From: an uncultured Gammaproteobacteria bacterium
Lineage (GTDB): Bacteria > Patescibacteriota > Microgenomatia > UBA8517
DNA: 64,000 bases
Direction of reading: 5' to 3'
NCBI GenBank assembly: GCA_964568925.1
Contig: CAZMSJ010000002.1
Location: forward strand, 12,339-76,338
The notes below the pieces were generated by a model that saw nothing but the letters and a program-made list of their open reading frames with translations, was not told the DNA's origin and made no database searches. Below, piece by piece: positions 19,279 to 27,992 of this stretch. Both the position numbers and the translations under genes were made by a program. Position 1 is the first letter of the stretch. The number at the start of each line of letters is the position of its first letter.

Positions 19279-20186
19279 GCAAAGATTCATTTGCATCAAT
19301 CGTGATTCCGAATTGGAACGGGAGAGCACTTCTTGAAAAAAATTTGCCGGGTATCCTTCTTGCAAAGAAAAACAAAAAGAATCGAATTCTAGAAATCATC
19401 ATTGTTGATGATGGTTCAACTGACGATTCAGTCGCCTTCCTTAAAAAAGAATATGCAACTTCAATTCGCCTCATTAAGCACACGAAAAATCGAGGTTTTG
19501 CGTCAGCTGTAAACAATGGAGTGCGTATGGCGAAAGGAGCCTACGTTTGTTTACTAAATACAGATGTTATTCCGAGTAAAAATTTCCTAGAACCCACACT
19601 CACACATTTTACTGACAAGAATGTTTTCTCTGTGGTGTTTCATGAGGAAAACGCTGGTCCAGCAGTTGGGTTTTTTAAGAATGGTTTTATTGAACACAAA
19701 GGGGGAAAAGAGGCAAAGAATGAAACAATCTCATTTTGGGCGAGTGGGGGAAGTGCTATTTTTCGAAGAAGCCAGTGGATGGAACTAAAGGGTTTTGATG
19801 AGGAACTGTTATCGCCTTTTTATTGGGAAGACGTGGATTTAGGCTACAGAGCTTGGAAGCGGGGCTACAAAATACTTTGGGAGCCAAAATCTCATGTTAT
19901 CCATAAACATGAAAGCACGATTAATAAAAATAGCTTTCAAGTTGCATTTATGAATCGAGTAAAGGAGCGAAACCAATTACTAGTTATCTGGAAAAATATT
20001 ACCAGTGAGAAAATGTTTGCAAGTCATATTCAGTGGCTTATTCATCGAATTGTCGCTCACCCTGGGTATATCCGAGTTGTGATCGATGCACTCAAGCATC
20101 GAAAACTCGTTCTTTCAAGAAGAGCTCGAGAGAAAAAAGAATGTACTATTTCAGATGAAGCTGTTTTTGCAAAATTTAGTATATGA
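19275..20186 (+). CDS. GT2 glycosyltransferase
   Basis: Motifs SIVIPNWNG, IIIVDDGSTDDS, NRGFASAVNNG, LLNTDV, WEDVDLGYR. ATGA overlap. Confidence 0.8.
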   Translation: MSKDSFASIVIPNWNGRALLEKNLPGILLAKKNKKNRILEIIIVDDGSTDDSVAFLKKEYATSIRLIKHTKNRGFASAVNNGVRMAKGAYVCLLNTDVIPSKNFLEPTLTHFTDKNVFSVVFHEENAGPAVGFFKNGFIEHKGGKEAKNETISFWASGGSAIFRRSQWMELKGFDEELLSPFYWEDVDLGYRAWKRGYKILWEPKSHVIHKHESTINKNSFQVAFMNRVKERNQLLVIWKNITSEKMFASHIQWLIHRIVAHPGYIRVVIDALKHRKLVLSRRAREKKECTISDEAVFAKFSI

Positions 20187-20977
20187 AACGAGTTACTCTC
20201 TCAATTATTATTGTTAGTTATAACACCCAAAAATTAACGGTTGCTTGTATAAAATCTATTATTAAGCACAAGCCTTCATTCCCTTTTGAAATAATCGTTA
20301 TTGATAATGCTTCAACTGATAACTCTGTTTCAGAGATTAAAAAGCTTGGAATAAAAAACCTGCTGTTACTTGAAAATGAAAATAATGAAGGTTTTTCAAA
20401 AGCAAACAACATGGGATTGGAACTTTCCTATGGTGAATATGCGTTACTCCTGAATTCTGATACAGAAATCATTGATTCTAGTCTGACCCAGCTTGTCAAT
20501 TTTGCAAAGCAAACAAAAGATGCTGGAATCGTTGCCCCTCAATTGCTTAACCCTGACAAGACTGTCCAACCATCAATTTATAAACTGCCAACAATTTCTC
20601 GTGCGATCGCACAATATATCTTTAAGAGAAAAGGTATTCTCAATAAATATTCTCTAGAGGGAACAGCTTCATTTGTTGTTGAATCAGTTGTTGGTGCAGC
20701 CTTCCTTATTACGCCTGTTGCTCGTAAGCGAGTAGGAGAGTTGGATGAGAAGTTCTTTATGTATTTTGAAGACTTAGATTATTGTAGAAGAGTTAGTAGC
20801 ATGGGACTTAAAGTATATTATCTTCCAGATGTTCACTTGATTCATGTTCATGGAGCCAGTGGCAAGGGTGGTGTGAATACGTTGCTCATAGAGTCAAGTA
20901 AAAAATATTTTGGAATTGTGAGATACTATTTATACACATTCGTTTTGTGGTTTGGACAAAAATATGGCACCAACTAA
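20183..20977 (+). CDS. GT2 glycosyltransferase
   Basis: Motifs LSIIIVSYN, IIVIDNASTDNS, NEGFSKANN, LLNSDT, FEDLDYCRR. ATGA overlap. Confidence 0.8.
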   Translation: MKRVTLSIIIVSYNTQKLTVACIKSIIKHKPSFPFEIIVIDNASTDNSVSEIKKLGIKNLLLLENENNEGFSKANNMGLELSYGEYALLLNSDTEIIDSSLTQLVNFAKQTKDAGIVAPQLLNPDKTVQPSIYKLPTISRAIAQYIFKRKGILNKYSLEGTASFVVESVVGAAFLITPVARKRVGELDEKFFMYFEDLDYCRRVSSMGLKVYYLPDVHLIHVHGASGKGGVNTLLIESSKKYFGIVRYYLYTFVLWFGQKYGTN

Positions 20978-22724
20978 AACTGCACACTCACTACTTAGTA
21001 CAAAAGGCATATTATTTGCCATTGTTGTTATTGCTTCAATTTTGCGTTTGTTTCATTTATCCCAAGTACCAGTATCACTCTTCGGAGATGAACTTGATGT
21101 CGGATATCATGCCTACTCAATTCTAAAGACAGGTCGTGATTATTCAGGAAACTATATGCCTCTTCATTTGCAAAGTCTTGCTGAGTGGCGAACGCCTCTA
21201 TATTTGTATTCAGCCGTTCCAACTGTTGCGATATTTGGCATAAGCCCTCTTGGTGTACGTCTGCCAGCTGCTTTGTTTGGAATAGCAACTATCCCAATGT
21301 TTTATTTGTTAGTATCTGAACTCATCGGAGGAGAAAATGAATCTCGCAAAAGAAAGCTTGGTTTATTTGCTGCCTTTTTACTTGCTGTTTCCCCGTGGCA
21401 TATTCAGTACAGTAGAGCCGCTTTTGAAGTGACCCAACTTTTGTTCTTCCTGATCTCTGGAATCTATTTGTTTATCAGATCATTACGAACCAAAGGCTCT
21501 CTTTTGTGGCTTTCAGGCATATCCTTTGGATTAATGCCATGGGTGTATAGCACAGCAAAAATGTTTACTCCTTTCTTTTTTGTTGTTTTAGGTTTGGTTT
21601 ATCTAAAGGAAATTTTCGCTCTTCCCAAAAAGACACTCCTCATCGGATTACTTGCTGCAGGTCTAGTCTTAACTCCAATTACGTGGAGTACGTTGTTTGG
21701 AGGAGGAACCCAGAGATTTAATTACATAAGTATCTTCTCTGATCCAACCGTTGAGCCTGAAATTGGGACGGCTCGTGGAAATGATGCACATAATCGTGGT
21801 GAGACTGGAACAGGATTAAACCCTACTCCAATTGATAAAATGTTTCATAATAAGTTCACCTATTGGGGTGAATCACTTCTGCAACACTCTTTCATGCCGT
21901 TTTCGACAGAATTTCTATTTTTGACTGGCGATCCAAATCCTCGTCATTCAATCGAGGGTATGGGTGAGTTTTACAAATTTGAGATAATAGGTTTACTTGC
22001 AGGTTTAGCCTTCTTTATTGCAAAATCCGAGCAGCGAAAAAGCAAAATCTTCATTGCTCTGTGGATTATTCTTGGTGTATTTCCATCAAGTCTCACACGC
22101 GATGGGGGAAACCATGCAACTCGATTAATACTTATTTTACCGCCACTCGTATTTCTTGTTGCATATGGATTTATGTATCTTCTTAATAACGTTAAATCGA
22201 TATTTAAGCGTCCTCTGGTGGTTTTATACGTCATTGTTTTCGCGTTATCTTTTGTTTCGTACCAACATTTATATTGGGTCCATAATCCTTCACAGTCAGA
22301 ACGTTGGTGGCACTATGGATGGGGACCGGCTATTACTGAAGTAAAACAAATTCAATCTCAGTATGACAATGTTGTTATCACAAGCGCGGATGAACCACCT
22401 TGGATATTTTTCGCAGGTTGGTATGAATACGATCCAGTATTGTGGCATCAAGGATATCCAATGAAGAAGCATCAGTTATCTGGTTTTGGAGAAGTAAGTT
22501 ATATGGGTAAGTTTTCATTTGGTAGCTTTGAAGGTAAAAAGGGACTCTACGATTGGGGAAAGATACTGGATAGTAAAACCTTGTATTTAGCTTCGGCAAA
22601 AGAGGTGAACGTTAACCTTATTGCTGAGCCAGAACGTACACCTAAAGATATTAAACTTATTAAGTCTTTTGCATATCCTTCAGGAGAACCTGCTTTTTAC
22701 TTATTCACCGGTATCTCTCGATGA
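20952..22724 (+). CDS. GT-C-fold membrane glycosyltransferase, PMT_2/GT39-like (array paralogue A)
   Basis: 590 aa. Loop LFGDELDVGYHAYSILKTGRDYSG after TM1, AVSPWHIQYSRAAFE, mid-loop FLFLTGDPNPRH, and a C-terminal soluble domain. Confidence 0.7.
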   Translation: MDKNMAPTKTAHSLLSTKGILFAIVVIASILRLFHLSQVPVSLFGDELDVGYHAYSILKTGRDYSGNYMPLHLQSLAEWRTPLYLYSAVPTVAIFGISPLGVRLPAALFGIATIPMFYLLVSELIGGENESRKRKLGLFAAFLLAVSPWHIQYSRAAFEVTQLLFFLISGIYLFIRSLRTKGSLLWLSGISFGLMPWVYSTAKMFTPFFFVVLGLVYLKEIFALPKKTLLIGLLAAGLVLTPITWSTLFGGGTQRFNYISIFSDPTVEPEIGTARGNDAHNRGETGTGLNPTPIDKMFHNKFTYWGESLLQHSFMPFSTEFLFLTGDPNPRHSIEGMGEFYKFEIIGLLAGLAFFIAKSEQRKSKIFIALWIILGVFPSSLTRDGGNHATRLILILPPLVFLVAYGFMYLLNNVKSIFKRPLVVLYVIVFALSFVSYQHLYWVHNPSQSERWWHYGWGPAITEVKQIQSQYDNVVITSADEPPWIFFAGWYEYDPVLWHQGYPMKKHQLSGFGEVSYMGKFSFGSFEGKKGLYDWGKILDSKTLYLASAKEVNVNLIAEPERTPKDIKLIKSFAYPSGEPAFYLFTGISR

Positions 22725-23410
22725 AACTCATTCATTTTGTATTGATATTTTTAGTCCCCTGGTCTCTTGTTTTAATTCCAAACATTACAGTATTCGCACT
22801 CGTTTTTCTTGTGGTATATATTTCAATTTTTCATGAGAAGAAACGGGGACTACTATTCTTTTCAATTATCTTTTTGTGTGTTGTCCAACTAATTCACCTT
22901 GAAAAGGAACCACTTATCGAGAAGAGCCCAAGTAATGATATTGAAATAAAAAATAATTTGGCTGCATATCCACCACTTCGGGTCCCAATTGCGTATTGGT
23001 TTGAACAAAAAACTATTACACAAGAAGTGTATGCACTGACAAAGCGAGGCAGTATTGTTTTAAGTCCATCTCTCTATTTCTTTTCTAACCACCCACGAGA
23101 GCGGTCCGGTTTTCGAGAATTTGAAAAGTTTCAATATGTTCTCCTTCCGTTTTTTGTCATTGGTCTTTTGAGTAGACTGCGTGACAAAACATATCTTCAA
23201 TTAGGCTTACTATTTTCATTACCTTTTCTTTTACTTACTTTTTATGGAAGTAGAGGAGAATTAGGTCCGTTTGCAATGTTTCCGTTCTTAGCTGTAAGTA
23301 TCTACCATGGTTTGGAATTTACTTTTAAGAATCACAAGAAAGCATTCTTTTTATTTATGATGATTTTTGTCTTTGTTTCAATACAAACATATGCGTACAC
23401 GATTTACTAA
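22721..23410 (+). CDS. Truncated paralogue of the array GT-C family (C-terminal TM bundle only, no catalytic DE loop)
   Basis: 229 aa. LSPSLYFFSNHPRERSGFREFEKFQYVLLPFFVIGLL aligns by eye with YFSPQFLLFEGPHE...IEFVGLFGLLLI and its equivalents in the six full-length paralogues. ATGA overlap with paralogue A. Confidence 0.5.
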   Translation: MKLIHFVLIFLVPWSLVLIPNITVFALVFLVVYISIFHEKKRGLLFFSIIFLCVVQLIHLEKEPLIEKSPSNDIEIKNNLAAYPPLRVPIAYWFEQKTITQEVYALTKRGSIVLSPSLYFFSNHPRERSGFREFEKFQYVLLPFFVIGLLSRLRDKTYLQLGLLFSLPFLLLTFYGSRGELGPFAMFPFLAVSIYHGLEFTFKNHKKAFFLFMMIFVFVSIQTYAYTIY

Positions 23411-25085
23411 AACTCTACTAATTCAATTGGCCTTTCTTCTTGTTTTAGGAAGTATCATCTTCTTTATCAAGTTATCTTCTATTCCTTCTGGCGTATATAT
23501 TGACGAAACATTACCTGCCTACAGTGCATATTCAATTTTAAAAACAGGAAGAGACGAGTACGGAAAAGTCTTTCCACTGGTGTTTCGGTTTTATGGATCA
23601 TACAATCCGCCTCTCTTTATTTATCTAACCGTTGTGTCTGAGGTAGTCTTTGGGTTAACAACCTTTGCTGTGAGGTTCCCTTCGGCCTTAGCAGGTATGC
23701 TGTCAGTTTTTCCTATCTTCTTTCTTTTGAAAGAAAAGCAAATTGCAGGACAAAAACATACGGCTTTTATTTCTTCTCTTTTATTCCTGTTTACTCCGTG
23801 GATTATCCTCCACAGTCGTGTTGGCTATGAAGTAAGCCTTGGGTTCCTTCTCTTCTCAATTGGAACGTATTTTTCATTCCGAGGCTTAACTCATCCTCGT
23901 TTTCTAAAGTATGCGATGTTGTTTTTGTCATTATCTACATATGCAGCATACGCTGAACGCTTTATTGTCCCAATGTTTATTGTTTTCTTTATCCTTTTTT
24001 TTAAGAAAACGGTAATACAGAAAGGGCATATGAAGGATTTGCTTATTACGATTGGTATTGGTTTGGTTACACAAATCCCCAACCTCTGGCTCCTAACAAC
24101 TCCAGCCTTCTTTCCGAAGCAAAATCTTGTAGGTAGCGGAATCGTCCTTTCCTCAGCAGAGAAGATTTCTCATTTTTTGCCTTATCCTCTCAGCTTTACG
24201 TTGGCGTTTATACGTGAATTTCTGTCTCAGTATGTTACATATTTTTCTCCACAGTCATTGTTCTTCCTTCCTGATCCAGATCTCCAGCGTTCGATTCCAT
24301 ATCTTTCAGTTTTTTATAGTTGGATGATTGTACCTTTCTGTATTGGAGTGTATGTATTGTTCAAAAACAGAGATACGATTTGGGCACGTTTTATAATCCT
24401 TCTTGCATTGATTACTCCAATCCCTGCAGCACTCACCCTTGATCCATTTTCTACACATCGAGCTCTTCCTCATTTATTACCATTGTTTCTCATTATTTCA
24501 TTGGGAATTGACCGAGTTTTAGTTTTGTTTCACAAAAGGCAGAAAACACTTGTATTTGTTTGTTTGTCCCTTTTTACCATTTCCTTACTTTTCCTTTGGA
24601 GAAGTTACTTTATTTTATTACCCTATACTCGAGCACAATATTGGGGATATGGACATGAACAATTAGCAATATATATCGTGAATCATCCACAGGATCATTT
24701 TGTAATCGATCAAACACGAATCAAACCTGTATACAGTCAGTTAGCTTTCTATATGAAAACCGAGCCACGAGATTTTCAAAAGACAATTGATCCATTTGTA
24801 CTCGAAAACTATTACAAAAACACGCCGTTTGATGGGCACTTTACCTTTGGAAATATTGATACTCGAGGAATTGTTTGGGAAACAGATATTTACGAGGAAC
24901 AAGTGCTTGTAGGTGATCCTCTTACGATTTCAACCAAGCAAGCTGAAGAGCATAGCCTTACGAAAGTATTTGAATTTACTGATCACTTAAATACCAGTGT
25001 ATTTGTTGGATATAAAACAAATCCTACAAAAAAATGTAGAATAAGTAATTATGCGAGTGAAAAATGTTCTATCTATAAAAACTAG
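23367..25085 (+). CDS. GT-C-fold membrane glycosyltransferase, PMT_2/GT39-like (array paralogue B)
   Basis: Motifs IDETLPAYSAYSILKTGRDEYG, FTPWIILHSRVGYE, YFSPQSLFFLPDPDLQR. An alternative start is ATG 23391. Confidence 0.7.
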   Translation: MSLFQYKHMRTRFTKTLLIQLAFLLVLGSIIFFIKLSSIPSGVYIDETLPAYSAYSILKTGRDEYGKVFPLVFRFYGSYNPPLFIYLTVVSEVVFGLTTFAVRFPSALAGMLSVFPIFFLLKEKQIAGQKHTAFISSLLFLFTPWIILHSRVGYEVSLGFLLFSIGTYFSFRGLTHPRFLKYAMLFLSLSTYAAYAERFIVPMFIVFFILFFKKTVIQKGHMKDLLITIGIGLVTQIPNLWLLTTPAFFPKQNLVGSGIVLSSAEKISHFLPYPLSFTLAFIREFLSQYVTYFSPQSLFFLPDPDLQRSIPYLSVFYSWMIVPFCIGVYVLFKNRDTIWARFIILLALITPIPAALTLDPFSTHRALPHLLPLFLIISLGIDRVLVLFHKRQKTLVFVCLSLFTISLLFLWRSYFILLPYTRAQYWGYGHEQLAIYIVNHPQDHFVIDQTRIKPVYSQLAFYMKTEPRDFQKTIDPFVLENYYKNTPFDGHFTFGNIDTRGIVWETDIYEEQVLVGDPLTISTKQAEEHSLTKVFEFTDHLNTSVFVGYKTNPTKKCRISNYASEKCSIYKN

Positions 25086-26325
25086 TTTAGTAGTTCTCTT
25101 TTTGATTGGATTCGTGTTTCGTGTCTTTCTTTTTGCAATTGCAAGACATGGGGACATAAATAACAATATTTCCTGGGGAGAAGAGCTTTTAATGCGTGGG
25201 CCAATTAACTTCTATGAAGGGCTCTCCTGGACTTTTTCTGCACCTAACCAACCACCGTTGTATTTATATCTCTTTGGCATTGTGGCGCTGGTTATCACAA
25301 GTATTACTTCACTCATTACGTACTTAAACGGACATGTCGGAGTATTTCCTTCATCTCTTGTTTGGTGGTGGAGTACGAATGGTGAATTGCTTATGGCGAA
25401 GATACCAAGCATATTGGCTGACCTTGGGATTGCATTCATTTTATATCGTTTTTTTGAGGACAAGAGAAAGGGACTTCTAGCTGCTTTCTTGTGGATTGTT
25501 AACCCTGTTGTTTGGTACAACTCATCTATTTGGGGTGGAACTGATTCAATCGTTAATTTGTTTGGTTTATTATCTTTCTATTTTCTTTTTAAGAAAAACA
25601 TTACAAAGAGTTCCGCATTTATAGTAATAAGTATTCTTTTCAAAGGATCACTCGCGCTCTTTATTCCACTTTGGTTCATTGTTGTTTTCTATCAGAAATA
25701 CAAGATCAGGCAACTCTTTTTGGCGGTAGCTCTCATGGGACTTATCACAATTCTTGTTTCTTACCCATTTCATCCTTCCCTTGATTTGCCTGTGTGGCTT
25801 TATAATTTGTATACTCAGCGCTTTTTCCCTGGTGAGATCGGTAGCTTGACCGCTAATGCGTTCAATTTCTGGTGGATTGTTGATCCAGGTAAAACACTTG
25901 ATTCTATTACGTATTTTGGACTCTCAGCCAGGAATTGGGGTTTTGCAGCACTTGTGAGTGGATATGTGATTATTCTTTCAAAAATAAAGAAGCATTTAGA
26001 TGTTTTTCAGATTGTGTTTGCTATATCTATTCTTGCCATTATTTCGTTCCTGTTTATGACTCGTATTCATGAGCGTTACCTCTATCCGATGTTCCCATAC
26101 CTAACGATATATTCAGTTCAACGAAAATGGGCTCGACTACCTCTTGCAGTTTTTAGTTTAATTAACCTTGCAAATTTATATCATCTCTTTTGGGCACCAG
26201 GAATAGATACGCTAAAAGCTTTGTACTTAAATTCGAATTTTGCACTTAATCTGTCAGTTATTTCAATTCTAGTCTTTGTTGTTTTATTCATTGGTTTTCT
26301 TACAATGAAGCCAAGTAAAAAATAG
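25051..26325 (+). CDS. Polytopic membrane protein, GT-C candidate (DUF2029/GT87- or PIG-V-like layout)
   Basis: 424 aa with ARHGDINNNISWGEELLMRGPINFYEG...APNQPPLYLYLFG and PSILADLGIAFILYRFF. About 10 TMs and no soluble C-terminal domain. Confidence 0.55.
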   Translation: MRVKNVLSIKTSLVVLFLIGFVFRVFLFAIARHGDINNNISWGEELLMRGPINFYEGLSWTFSAPNQPPLYLYLFGIVALVITSITSLITYLNGHVGVFPSSLVWWWSTNGELLMAKIPSILADLGIAFILYRFFEDKRKGLLAAFLWIVNPVVWYNSSIWGGTDSIVNLFGLLSFYFLFKKNITKSSAFIVISILFKGSLALFIPLWFIVVFYQKYKIRQLFLAVALMGLITILVSYPFHPSLDLPVWLYNLYTQRFFPGEIGSLTANAFNFWWIVDPGKTLDSITYFGLSARNWGFAALVSGYVIILSKIKKHLDVFQIVFAISILAIISFLFMTRIHERYLYPMFPYLTIYSVQRKWARLPLAVFSLINLANLYHLFWAPGIDTLKALYLNSNFALNLSVISILVFVVLFIGFLTMKPSKK

Positions 26326-26369
26326 TCGTTGATCAATTGTTGTAAGTAACTTTTTCACCTAAAAGACGC

Positions 26370-26375
26370 TATACT
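26370..26375 (+). promoter_or_regulatory. -10 box TATACT, 6 nt before ATG 26382
   Basis: It lies in a 56-nt gap with no SD. Confidence 0.35.
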
Positions 26376-26381
26376 ATCTTC

Positions 26382-27992
26382 ATGAACAAGTGGATTGTCT
26401 TAAGCATATTTGTCATAGCTTTTATGCTACGAGTTATTAATCTTGGTGGTTCACCCGCAGGATTTACGCCAGACGAGGCTTCATTCGGGTATGACGCCTA
26501 TTCAATAATTAAAACTGGTCGTGACCAATGGGGAATGTCACTTCCACTTACCTTTAAATCATTTGGAGATTTCAAGCTTCCAGTTTATACCTACCTTACT
26601 ATTCCTAGTGTTTTCATTTTTGGTCTAAATGAATTTGCGGTACGTGTCCCGAATGCACTTCTCGGAGTTGCAGCAGTTATTGCCACCTATTTTGTAACGC
26701 GAGAATTGTTTGGAAAGCGAGATAATCGAATAGCTATTCTCGCAACACTTTTTATGGCTGTGTCTCCATGGCATATTGCACTATCTCGTGGTGCATTTGA
26801 GGCTAATTTAACCACGTTCTTTTTAACTGCAGGCATATACTTTTTCCTTGCTGCTCGTGCCAGACAATCTTTACTGTCAGTCGCAATGTTATTTTTTGGT
26901 TTAAACTTGTTTACCTATCACTCAGCCCGACTCGTAACTCCACTTGTTGTTATGTCTCTGTTGTGGTTATACCGTGCAGACTTTCCACGTACAAAAAAAT
27001 ATTCATTGGCGAGTGCTATCTTTCTTTTGTTTTTCATAACCGCGGCGTTTAGTGTTGTAAGCGGATCTGCAGGTAGAGCTGCTACTTCTACTGTTTTTTC
27101 TCAGAATCTTGGGTCAGGAGTTGTGAGAGCCCATGTTGTGAACTCTGGTCTTCCGAGTATCGTTGCCCGAGCTATCTACAACGAACCAAGTTTCAAGATC
27201 GTTAAAGTTGTTTCTCAGTATGTAACGTACTTTTCTCCACAATTTCTTTTGTTTGAAGGACCACATGAGGTCACGTATGGAATGGTACCTGGTATGGGTG
27301 TTTTGTCTATCATTGAATTTGTAGGTTTGTTTGGTCTTTTACTCATAAAAAACAAAGAGAAGTCTATTAGTTTATTAGCTGTATGGATCATCGTTGGGGC
27401 TCTCCCTGCTGCAATTTCAATTGGTCCAGGACACGCGGCTAACCGTGCTGCAATTTTAATGCCTGCAGTTCAAATACTTGCAGCCTACGGATGTTATTTA
27501 ATTCTTACCAGTAAAAAATCATATGAAAAAATCTTTTTACCGATTGTTGGGTTTGCCATGCTTATTGGTGTAATTACTTTTAGCCGTTTCTATTATGAGC
27601 AAAAAACAGTTGCTAATTATGGAATGATGTATGGAATGAACGAATTGTATTCATTTCTTCAGGAGTATCCGACAAAAAGAATTATATTAAGTCGTTCTCT
27701 CTCAGAGGCACACATCTATGCGGCATTCTATGACCCAATCGATCCTTCGCTCTTTCAGCAGGCAACCAAAAATTGGGATTTTGAGTCAAAAGGACTTTCT
27801 TGGGTTGACCAGCAGGAAGGCTATTTCGTAGGAAGATATAAAATCAATTCAATCGACAAAATTAGAGACTTTAATTACAAAGATACCTTTGTAATTGGTA
27901 AACCAGAAGAGATGCCTGAAAACGCACGAATAGTAAAGACTATTATGTCTCCTGCCGCAAGTACTTTGTGGGTTGTAGCCGAAAGACCATGA
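26382..27992 (+). CDS. GT-C-fold membrane glycosyltransferase, PMT_2/GT39-like (array paralogue C)
   Basis: Motifs PDEASFGYDAYSIIKTGRDQWG, AVSPWHIALSRGAFE, YFSPQFLLFEGPHE. Confidence 0.7.
   Translation: MNKWIVLSIFVIAFMLRVINLGGSPAGFTPDEASFGYDAYSIIKTGRDQWGMSLPLTFKSFGDFKLPVYTYLTIPSVFIFGLNEFAVRVPNALLGVAAVIATYFVTRELFGKRDNRIAILATLFMAVSPWHIALSRGAFEANLTTFFLTAGIYFFLAARARQSLLSVAMLFFGLNLFTYHSARLVTPLVVMSLLWLYRADFPRTKKYSLASAIFLLFFITAAFSVVSGSAGRAATSTVFSQNLGSGVVRAHVVNSGLPSIVARAIYNEPSFKIVKVVSQYVTYFSPQFLLFEGPHEVTYGMVPGMGVLSIIEFVGLFGLLLIKNKEKSISLLAVWIIVGALPAAISIGPGHAANRAAILMPAVQILAAYGCYLILTSKKSYEKIFLPIVGFAMLIGVITFSRFYYEQKTVANYGMMYGMNELYSFLQEYPTKRIILSRSLSEAHIYAAFYDPIDPSLFQQATKNWDFESKGLSWVDQQEGYFVGRYKINSIDKIRDFNYKDTFVIGKPEEMPENARIVKTIMSPAASTLWVVAERP

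Noticed and set aside
26329-26336. Palindrome TTGATCAA after the stop of 25051..26325, considered as a terminator.
   Set aside because: It is an 8-nt perfect palindrome with no loop and no U-tract, so it cannot form a meaningful hairpin.
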